Source: Polyangia bacterium
GTDB lineage: Bacteria > Myxococcota_A > Polyangia > Fen-1088
Length of the DNA: 61,149 nucleotides
Assembly (NCBI GenBank): GCA_038325725.1
Contig: JBBQJG010000001.1
Span: 1-61,149 of the forward strand
Direction of reading: 5' to 3'
The position numbers and the translations under genes were made by a program. The notes below the pieces were generated by a model. It was not told the origin of the DNA. It did no database searches and was given only the letters and a program-made list of their open reading frames with translations. Of this stretch, positions 54,561-61,149 are shown one piece after another (the first letter of the stretch is position 1; the number at the start of each line of letters is the position of its first letter).

Positions 54561-55102
54561 TGGATCTCCTTCAGGTTCTTGCCGGCGATCGCCGACACGC
54601 TCTCCAGACGTTTGCGAATCGTGGGCACCGAGCGCCCGAGCAGCTTCGCGACCTCATCGAGCGTCATCTCGTCGACGAAGTAGTGAACGGCCGCCTGCTG
54701 CGTCTCGAGGTCGAGCTTGCCGAGCAGCTTGCGGACAGCGTCGCGATCCTCGAGGAGCTGCGGCCCCCCGTGGCCTTCACCGCGGGCTTTCTCCTGGCGC
54801 GCGAACAGCTGGTGCCACGGCGCGCGCTCGGCGCGCTGCACGTTGAGGCAGTGGTGCGTCGCGATGCGGATGAGCCACGTCAGCGGCGACGACTCGTTCC
54901 GAAACTCGCTCCAGTGGAGCATCGCCTTCGCGAACACATCCTGCAGGGCGTCCTCGGCCTTCGCGCGATCCCGCAACAAGTATTGGCAGCGTCCGTAGAC
55001 GCTGCCGCCGTAGGCCGAATAGAGCTCGCGCAGAGCCGCCCGCGTGTCGTCGGCCTTGCCGCCGGCGACGATCTTCAGGTTGGGTCGGCTCGTGTCGGTC
55101 AT
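54557..55102 (-). CDS. ECF-type RNA polymerase sigma factor
   Basis: Region 2 YGGSVYGRCQYLLRDRAKAEDALQDVFAKA ... WLIRIATHHCLN. Region 4 LDEVAKLLGRSVPTIRKRL. Confidence 0.9.
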   Translation of the reverse strand: MTDTSRPNLKIVAGGKADDTRAALRELYSAYGGSVYGRCQYLLRDRAKAEDALQDVFAKAMLHWSEFRNESSPLTWLIRIATHHCLNVQRAERAPWHQLFARQEKARGEGHGGPQLLEDRDAVRKLLGKLDLETQQAAVHYFVDEMTLDEVAKLLGRSVPTIRKRLESVSAIAGKNLKEIQ

Positions 55103-55117
55103 GTTGAAACGCTGCGG

Positions 55118-55144
55118 CCCCTCTCCCCGCCGTGCGGGGAGAGG
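55118..55144. terminator. 11-bp GC-rich hairpin (ccctctccccg-ccgtg-cggggagaggg) between lipoprotein B and the ECF sigma gene
   Basis: Read directly. It ends 15 nt upstream of the sigma ATG on the minus strand. No U-tract. Its role as terminator, attenuator or processing site is unknown. Confidence 0.35.
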
Positions 55145-55193
55145 GAGACGGATTCTCCCACTGATTTCCTACCGGACTTCACAAACCGCTCTG

Positions 55194-56228
55194 TTACAGG
55201 CCTGCGTAGACCGCGGTTGGGAAGGCGGTGGAGCAGGCGGTCTCGGCGCCCCAGCCGGCGCCGGGGGCGTAGGCCTCGGAGAGGTACACGCTCTTGAAGT
55301 TCGTGTCCCAGCACTCGGAGGCCTGACCCGCCGTCGTCGTCAGATCGCCGCCCATGTTGGACAGGTCGCTGCGGCCCGTGCCGTCCTCGAGCCACCGGCT
55401 GTGGAAGGTGAAGTGCTCCTTCTGCGAGCCCGTGTTGCCCGGGTCGGGGAAGTTGTCCTTGTCCTCGGCGTAGCGAAGGTCGCCGCCCATGCCCGGGGTC
55501 GCGACGTAACGGTAGACGGCGTTGAAGAGCTCGGGCGTCGTGCCGCCGCGGAGATTCCGCTCTTGGATGCCCGTGAAATCGATGTCGACGTGCACGACGG
55601 CATCGGCGAGCAGGCGCGAGTACGTGAAGGTGGCCTTGCCGACGTTGTCGTCGTGCTCGGGCAGCTTCGCGGCGTTGTCCCAATCGATCGTGAACGTACC
55701 GCTGCCGAAGCCTTCGACGTGGTCGCCCGCGGCGTCGACGTCCGCCGTGTGCGTGCCCGAGATGATCGTCATGAACGCCGAATCAGCGGGGGTCTTCGGG
55801 CGGGCCTCGAGCAGCCACTGGAACTTGTGCGCCTCGAGGCGGTCGACCGTGAGGCGCCACGTGTTGGGCGACAGCGCATCCGTGTGCGGTCCCCACACCG
55901 CCGACTGGCTCTTCTTGTCGACGGTCGTCGGCGGGAACGCGACGATCGTCCTGACGAGCGTGAGCACGGCCCACGTGCCGCCGTTGGCGATGCCGGTCAC
56001 CGCGCGCGTCGCCGTATACATGTCGGACTGTTGACCGAGCAGCGCGCCCGTCGCGCTCGCGCCCGGGCCCGCGCCGTCCGCGGGCGCGCCCGCGACGTGC
56101 AAGGCGACCGTCTCGCGCGTCGGCACGCCGCCGCGGAATTCATCGCCGTCGTCGGGCTTCCGGCAACCGGTCGCCGCGAGAGTCGTCACGAGGCCCACCA
56201 CCGCGCACATCGAAGTGACTGTCTTCAT
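55194..56228 (-). CDS. orphan lipoprotein B (paralog of 51101-52123)
   Basis: MKTVTSMCAVVGLVTTLAATG/CRK lipobox. The track ORF extending to 56846 is a shadow extension over the kinase gene tail. Confidence 0.65.
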   Translation of the reverse strand: MKTVTSMCAVVGLVTTLAATGCRKPDDGDEFRGGVPTRETVALHVAGAPADGAGPGASATGALLGQQSDMYTATRAVTGIANGGTWAVLTLVRTIVAFPPTTVDKKSQSAVWGPHTDALSPNTWRLTVDRLEAHKFQWLLEARPKTPADSAFMTIISGTHTADVDAAGDHVEGFGSGTFTIDWDNAAKLPEHDDNVGKATFTYSRLLADAVVHVDIDFTGIQERNLRGGTTPELFNAVYRYVATPGMGGDLRYAEDKDNFPDPGNTGSQKEHFTFHSRWLEDGTGRSDLSNMGGDLTTTAGQASECWDTNFKSVYLSEAYAPGAGWGAETACSTAFPTAVYAGL

Positions 56229-56298
56229 GCGCCAACAGACACGGCTGTCGCGCGAAACGGAAAGGCGCCTCGCGCCCGCAAACGCCCCGCGGCGAAGC

Positions 56299-58125
56299 CT
56301 AGGGGTTTTCGGGCGCCGTCGGGGCGGGCGGCGGCGGAGCGGGCGCGGGCTCGAGCGACGGATCGGGGGCCATCTGATTCTTGAGCGCCTCGATGCGGCG
56401 CGCGGACTCGCTCTTTTCGGCCTTCTCGCCCTTCTCCGCACTGCCAACGTGGGCCTTGTGGCCACCCGGTTCACGCGCGGGCTCCCTCTCGTCGATCTTG
56501 TGCGAAGCGCCCTCGGAGGAGGCGGCCGTATCGGCGGCGTTGCGCTTCTCCCCGACCGCGGCCTTCTTGGAGGGCTCGTCGGTCTTGGCTTCGGCAGACT
56601 TCGCTTCGCCGAGGTTTGCGGCGCCGGGATTTGCCGCGCCGGGGTTTGCCGCGCCGGGATTTGCTTCGCCGGGGTTTGCGGCGCCGGTCTTGGCGGCGCC
56701 GCTCTTGGCTTCGCGGGTCTCGGCGGGCGTCTCGGGCGCGGCCGGGGGCGTCGCGGCGGCGGGCGCCGGCTCTCCCTGCAGTTCGCGCAGGAGACCGAAG
56801 TAGCGGCCCGCGAACGCGGCGCCTCCCAAGATGAGCAGGCCGACAAAGACGATCGTCATCCCGCTGCCCCGACGCGCGCGCCGTCTGCCGGGCCGCTCGT
56901 CACCCTCCGAGAGCGTGCCGAACTCGAGCGGCGCGTGCCGTCCCGACAGTGCGGACTCGCCGTCGCTGGACACGGGCAGCGACAGCTCCTCGACCCGTTG
57001 GCGCGTCATGCGCGGGCGCATCTCGCCGCCGGGACCGTCGAGGCTCGCGAGCGAGGTCGCCTCTTCGGCATCGACCTCGCCCTGCATGTCGGTGAGCTCG
57101 ACATCCTTTCCTTCCATCTCCCCGGTGGCGGCGCCGGGGCTGCGCTCGCCCGTCGTGATGCGGCCGGGCGGCGGCGTCATCATCGCCTTCGACATCGGGG
57201 CCTGCCCGTCGCGCGCGCCGAGACCGGCGAGCCACCGCTTGAGCTCGGTCTGGCCCACGGGCCGGAACACCGTGCGCAGCACGTTCTCGATCGCCGCCAG
57301 CATCTCGTCGGCGCTCTGGAACCGCAGGTCGGGATCGAGCTCCATCGAGCGCGCAATGATGGAGCTCACCTCGGCGGGCAGATCGGGCGCGACGACGTGC
57401 GCGGGCTTGAACTCGCCGTGCTGCACGCGCAGCAACACCTCGAGATCCGTCGCCGCCTCGAACGGCCGCACGCGCGTCATGAGCTGGTACAGCACCGTGC
57501 CGACGGCGAAGAGATCCGAGCGCGCGTCGATCGGCTTGCCGAGCGCCTGCTCGGGCGACATGAACGCGACCTTGCCCTTCACGACGCCCGTGCCCGTGTG
57601 CTCGCGCTTGTTCATCGCCTTGGCGATGCCGAAGTCGGTGAGCTTCACTTCGCCCTGCTCGGACAGCAGGATGTTCTGCGGGCTCACGTCGCGGTGGACG
57701 ATGCCGAGGGGCCGCTCGCCCGACGCGTCCATCTTGCCGTGCGCGTACGCGAGCGCGCGGCACACCTCGGCCGCGACGTGCAGGCCGAGGTCTCTCGGGA
57801 ACGGCATGCCGGCCGTCGCCGCGCGGTGGAGCACGCGCCCCAGATCCCACCCGTCGACGGCCTCGAGGACGAGGAAGTAACGGCCGGCGCCCACGCCGAG
57901 ATCGAGGATCTGCACGATGTTGCTGTGCGACAGACCCATCGAGATGTGGGCCTCGTCGAGGAACATGTTGCGGAACTGCGGGTCCGCGTAGATGGAACTG
58001 TGGATCCGCTTGAGGATGACGGGCTTCTGGAAGCCCTCGCGGCCGAGCTGGGTCGCCAGGAAGATCTCCGCCATCCCGCCATCCGCGACCTTCCGGACGA
58101 TCTTGTAACGGCCGTGCTTCGCCAT
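56299..58125 (-). CDS. eukaryotic-like Ser/Thr protein kinase with one TM and a low-complexity extracytoplasmic tail
   Basis: GGMAEIFLA...VILKRI, HRDVSPQNILL, DFGIAK, MSPEQ. TM segment MTIVFVGLLILGGAAFAG. The tail carries (GAANP)n and Lys/Glu/Ala-rich stretches. ATG at 58125 (alternative TTG at 58137). Confidence 0.9.
   Translation of the reverse strand: MAKHGRYKIVRKVADGGMAEIFLATQLGREGFQKPVILKRIHSSIYADPQFRNMFLDEAHISMGLSHSNIVQILDLGVGAGRYFLVLEAVDGWDLGRVLHRAATAGMPFPRDLGLHVAAEVCRALAYAHGKMDASGERPLGIVHRDVSPQNILLSEQGEVKLTDFGIAKAMNKREHTGTGVVKGKVAFMSPEQALGKPIDARSDLFAVGTVLYQLMTRVRPFEAATDLEVLLRVQHGEFKPAHVVAPDLPAEVSSIIARSMELDPDLRFQSADEMLAAIENVLRTVFRPVGQTELKRWLAGLGARDGQAPMSKAMMTPPPGRITTGERSPGAATGEMEGKDVELTDMQGEVDAEEATSLASLDGPGGEMRPRMTRQRVEELSLPVSSDGESALSGRHAPLEFGTLSEGDERPGRRRARRGSGMTIVFVGLLILGGAAFAGRYFGLLRELQGEPAPAAATPPAAPETPAETREAKSGAAKTGAANPGEANPGAANPGAANPGAANLGEAKSAEAKTDEPSKKAAVGEKRNAADTAASSEGASHKIDEREPAREPGGHKAHVGSAEKGEKAEKSESARRIEALKNQMAPDPSLEPAPAPPPPAPTAPENP
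56611..56700. repeat. 15-bp tandem repeat x6 (ggggtttgccgcgcc and variants) encoding G-[AE]-A-N-P pentapeptides on the minus strand
   Basis: Read directly in the kinase 3' region. Confidence 0.8.
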
Positions 58126-58178
58126 CGGCCGGGTCAACTTACCATCAGTCGACCGCTAGCGGTCGCGTCGGATGCACG

Positions 58179-60911
58179 CTAGCGACGACGACGCTTTGGC
58201 CGGACTGTCATGACGAGGCCGAGGGCCGCCAAGGCGAGCGCGAAGCCCGACACAGGATCGCGCCCCGACGTCGCGCAGGCGCAGCCGCCGCCCTTTTCGC
58301 CCGTCGTGACGTGGACGAGCTGGCACGAGGGCCCCGGTTCGAGCTTGCACGTCGCCTCGCCGTTGCTCCTGACCGCGCACACGTAGCAGGGGCCCGGGCA
58401 CTTGACGAAAGTGCACGGGTCGGTCGCGCACTCGCCGGTGGCCTGGATGCAGGCTTGGCCCGCGGGGCACTGCATCGCCTGGCACGAGTCGGACTTGCAG
58501 GTGCCCGTCGTGACGTCGCAGTACTGGGCGTCGCGACACACGACCGTCGCGCACGGATCGGACACGCACTGGCCCGAGACGCACGTCTGTCCCACGGCAC
58601 ACTCGATGTGCGTGCACAGGTCGACGCACGAGCCGTTAGAACAGTACTGGCCGTTCGAGCACGACTTGCCGTAGCACGGATCGGTCATGCACGCGCCGGC
58701 GACGCACGCCTGACCGGTGGCGCATTGTTCACCGGCCGACGCGCAGTCGACGCAGACGCCGGCCTTGCAGTGCGACGGCGCGTTGCACAGCACCTTGTCG
58801 CACAGATCGACGCACAGGCCGCTGTCGTTGTCGCAGCGTTGCGTGCTCGGGCACTTCACGCCCACGCAGCGCTGCGGAATGCAGTACGTGTCGACGCACA
58901 TGTAGCCGGACGGGCACGGGAACTCGCCCGGCTTGCACACGAGCGTGCACGCGCCCGACTTGCACGCGAAGCCGCTGGGGCACGTCGCCTGTTTGTCGGC
59001 CATGCCGTCGCAGTCGTTGTCGCGCCCATCGCAGACCTCGGGACGCGGGAAGGTGCAGCCCTCGCACACGACGCCGAGCTGGCCGCGACAGACCTTCTTG
59101 CCCGCCTTGCAGTCACCGCCCGAATCGACCTGGGCCTGCGTGAGCCCGGCGCAGAGGCACGAGTCGCCGACGCCCGGGAAGTCGCCGTTGTCGACGACGC
59201 CGTCGCAGTCGTCGTCGAGGCCGTTGCACGTCTCGGTCATGGGCATGCTCATCTGTTCGCAGATGAGGTGGCCGCTCACGCACTTCGTGACGCCCGCCAT
59301 GCACACGCCGAGATCGGCGCCGCACTTCTCGCCGACGCCCGGCAGGACGCCGTCGTCCTTGAGGCCGTTGCAGTCGTCGTCGATGTTGTTGCAGACCTCT
59401 ATGCCCGGCGTCACCGTCGGCGCGTCGCAGAAGGTGCCGGTCTTGTCGGGCTTGCAGGCGAGGATGCCGCCGCGGCGGCAAGCGCCCATCTGGCCGTTCG
59501 TGCACGCGGCGCCCACGAAGTAGCCCTCGTCGATGTTGCCGTCGCAGTTGTTGTCGAGGCCGTCGCAGACCTCCGCGGGGACGGCGCAGCCGCACGCGCC
59601 GCCGCAGGCGTTCGTGGGCAAACCCTCGTCGACCTGCCCGTTGCAGTTGTCGTCGAGGCAGTTGCACGTCTCGACGGCGCAGTGGGCGGCCGCCGTGCCG
59701 AGCTTGTTGTCGGCGTTGTTGGGATCATCCGAGCGAGGACACTTGTTGCTCACGCCCTCGTCGATGAGGCCGTTGCAGTTGTCGTCGACGCCGTTGCACA
59801 TCTCGGCGGGTGGCACCGTCGAGGCGATGATGCCGACGAGCGCGGCCTTCACGGCCGCCGTGTCGGTGAGCGAGACCTTGATGGCGTTGCCCGTGCCGCC
59901 CGCGATCGCGATGTTCGAGTTGAGGTTGCCCGAGACGCTCGTGTCGGTGATGACGTACGTCTTCACCTTCGAGTTGCTGCGCAGGAGCTTGCAGGCCTGC
60001 ACCTCGGGGTGGAACGTCGCGAAGCCCGTCTGCGCGCACGTCTGGTAGTTCAGCGCCGAGCCCGAGTTGTAGTCACACGTGTCGTTGCCGTCGGTGACGA
60101 GGATGACGATGTTCTGGCGGCAGGCGCGGCGCGGATCGGCGGCCGTCGTGATGAAGTTGTCGAAGTACAGGCGCGAGTAGAACAGCGAGCGGCCGAGCGG
60201 CGTGCCGCCGTTGGCGTGCAGCTCGGGATCGGTGAGCGCGGCGGCGTTGGCGACGGGGCCCGGGTTCTCGGTGTTGTCGATAAAGCGATAGATGCGCGCG
60301 ATGTTCGCGTCGGACGGATCGAAGTCCGCGGCGACGGGCTTCGCGCCCGGCGCGGCCTTCGTGAGATCGACGCGCAGCGCCTGGCTGATTGCCGAGTCGA
60401 ACCACGCGCCGTAGGCGGGCTCGGCGCCGGCCGCGTTCGTCGTGCTCGAAGGGTCGGTCGACAGACGGCAGCCGAGGCCGACCGTCGAGTCGAGGTAGTA
60501 GTGACCGACGGGACCGACGCCGCACGCCTCAGAGGTGCAGTTGAAGCAGCCGAAGTTCATGGTCCCGCGCGAGGGATCGCCGGCGCCAGGCGGCTGCGTG
60601 AGCCCCGGGTCGAGCAGCTGCGGGAACGTCATGAGGCCGAAGTTCGCCTCGTCCGTACCCACCTGCGCGAGCGCTTCGCGGATGGCCGTCTTGAGCGAAA
60701 AGAGCCGGCTGTTCCCGACCGGGGCGGCGGGACAGCTCCCGGCTGTCTGGTTGACCCGCTCGCCCGCCGACGTCGCCGTCGCGTCGAGCTGCATCGAGCC
60801 CGACGTGTCGAAGACGATGAGGATGTTGGGACGCAGCGACTGCGCGACGGCGGGCGCGGCCGCCGCACCCACGGCGGCGAGGGCGAGCGCGAGAGCGAGG
60901 CCTTTCTTCAT
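58179..60911 (-). CDS. vWA domain / MopE-like putative metal-binding repeats / Cys-rich repeat protein with a MYXO-CTERM signal
   Basis: Signal peptide MKKGLALALALAAVGAAAAPAVA/QS. vWA MIDAS motif ILIVFDTSGSM and ILVTDGNDT. Six C-x-G-x-D-[DN]-[DN]-C-[DN]-G-x-x-D-[EDN]-G repeats. About 15 C-x-x-G-x-C type repeats. C-terminus GGGCACATSG...GFALALAALGLVMTVRPKRRRR. AAGGAGA lies 7 nt upstream of the ATG. Confidence 0.85.
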   Translation of the reverse strand: MKKGLALALALAAVGAAAAPAVAQSLRPNILIVFDTSGSMQLDATATSAGERVNQTAGSCPAAPVGNSRLFSLKTAIREALAQVGTDEANFGLMTFPQLLDPGLTQPPGAGDPSRGTMNFGCFNCTSEACGVGPVGHYYLDSTVGLGCRLSTDPSSTTNAAGAEPAYGAWFDSAISQALRVDLTKAAPGAKPVAADFDPSDANIARIYRFIDNTENPGPVANAAALTDPELHANGGTPLGRSLFYSRLYFDNFITTAADPRRACRQNIVILVTDGNDTCDYNSGSALNYQTCAQTGFATFHPEVQACKLLRSNSKVKTYVITDTSVSGNLNSNIAIAGGTGNAIKVSLTDTAAVKAALVGIIASTVPPAEMCNGVDDNCNGLIDEGVSNKCPRSDDPNNADNKLGTAAAHCAVETCNCLDDNCNGQVDEGLPTNACGGACGCAVPAEVCDGLDNNCDGNIDEGYFVGAACTNGQMGACRRGGILACKPDKTGTFCDAPTVTPGIEVCNNIDDDCNGLKDDGVLPGVGEKCGADLGVCMAGVTKCVSGHLICEQMSMPMTETCNGLDDDCDGVVDNGDFPGVGDSCLCAGLTQAQVDSGGDCKAGKKVCRGQLGVVCEGCTFPRPEVCDGRDNDCDGMADKQATCPSGFACKSGACTLVCKPGEFPCPSGYMCVDTYCIPQRCVGVKCPSTQRCDNDSGLCVDLCDKVLCNAPSHCKAGVCVDCASAGEQCATGQACVAGACMTDPCYGKSCSNGQYCSNGSCVDLCTHIECAVGQTCVSGQCVSDPCATVVCRDAQYCDVTTGTCKSDSCQAMQCPAGQACIQATGECATDPCTFVKCPGPCYVCAVRSNGEATCKLEPGPSCQLVHVTTGEKGGGCACATSGRDPVSGFALALAALGLVMTVRPKRRRR

Positions 60912-61149
60912 CTAACGGTCTCCTTGGCGACGGCCGCGCGGCCCTCGTGTGCGACGGCGTCCCAGCGCCGCCGCGATTCCCAGCAATACAAGCCCCATGC
61001 CGCCACCGCCAGTCGTGCCGACCTCGCAGCCGCAGCCCGTCGAATGTACGACGACCCGGCCTCCGTAGGAATCACCCGAGCTCGTCGAGCCCGCAGCGCC
61101 ACTCCCGGCCGCGCCGGTCCTGCCGGCGGTTCCGTTCGTGCCGCTGGCT
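60912..61149 (-). CDS. 3' end of a second MYXO-CTERM-tagged protein (5' end outside the window)
   Basis: The minus frame gives ...GTAGRTGAAGSGAAGSTSSGDSYGGRVVVHSTGCGCEVGTTGGGGMGLVLLGIAAALGRRRTRG...*. The TAG stop directly abuts the ATG of the vWA gene. The track lists only a different-frame 64-aa ORF here. Confidence 0.6.
   Translation of the reverse strand, partial: ASGTNGTAGRTGAAGSGAAGSTSSGDSYGGRVVVHSTGCGCEVGTTGGGGMGLVLLGIAAALGRRRTRGPRGRRQGDR

Noticed and set aside
55103-55193. Autoregulated ECF-type promoter (GGAAC-N16/17-CGT) upstream of the sigma gene
   Set aside because: The nearest match on the minus strand is GGAAAT...CGTC, but its spacer is only about 13-14 nt. That is too short for the canonical ECF architecture, so I did not call it.
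52776-58182. Long plus-strand ORFs (52776-54683, 55044-56384, 56215-58182) across the caspase/sigma/kinase cluster
   Set aside because: They are antisense to genes with clear catalytic motifs (caspase dyad, sigma regions 2 and 4, kinase HRD/DFG). Their translations are Arg/Glu/Ala-rich low-complexity sequence.

Overview
This is a ~61 kb, very high-GC (about 70% by eye, not computed) chromosomal segment. Its gene content points to Myxococcota: three MYXO-CTERM-type C-terminal sorting signals, a vWA/MopE-like/Cys-rich-repeat surface protein, a DUF1592/DUF1552 pair, a eukaryotic-like Ser/Thr kinase, a TonB-dependent receptor with a fused TonB C-terminal domain, and several lipoproteins with G-T-A-G low-complexity tethers. 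I call about 50 protein-coding genes. The six-frame track is dominated by GC-driven shadow ORFs, so I chose frames by recognisable family motifs, third-position GC and sensible N-termini, and trimmed many track ORFs to internal starts. Housekeeping anchors are an RND pump with a TolC-like OMF, a cobB-like sirtuin, purL, udk, glgB, maeB, miaB, a beta-carbonic anhydrase and a helD-like helicase. I recognised no rRNA, tRNA, CRISPR array, transposase or integrase. Operons are tight, with 4-nt start/stop overlaps at 3216 (TTGA), 7191-7194 (GTGA), and 15641-15644, 18252-18255, 26907-26910 and 54557-54560 (ATGA). The most noteworthy observations are: (1) a co-directional ~10 kb envelope module at 51.1-61.1 kb, containing an ECF sigma/anti-sigma pair, an exported caspase fused to a beta-barrel-like anchor, two paralogous orphan lipoproteins, a Ser/Thr kinase, a vWA/Cys-repeat MYXO-CTERM protein and a second MYXO-CTERM protein; (2) a 610-aa ORF with a MYXO-CTERM signal in its middle, followed in frame by a second signal-peptide-like segment and a beta-barrel-like module; (3) a tail-to-tail hicA/hicB pair whose stop codons overlap, sitting in a lower-GC islet; (4) a CXXCH motif fused to a PHM/DBH-like copper monooxygenase lipoprotein; (5) a discoidin-domain gene broken by two compensating frameshifts; (6) a structured repeat cluster between helD and a PilZ gene. 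All family calls rest on motifs read by eye. No similarity search, HMM search or RNA folding was run, and start codons are uncertain by a few codons.
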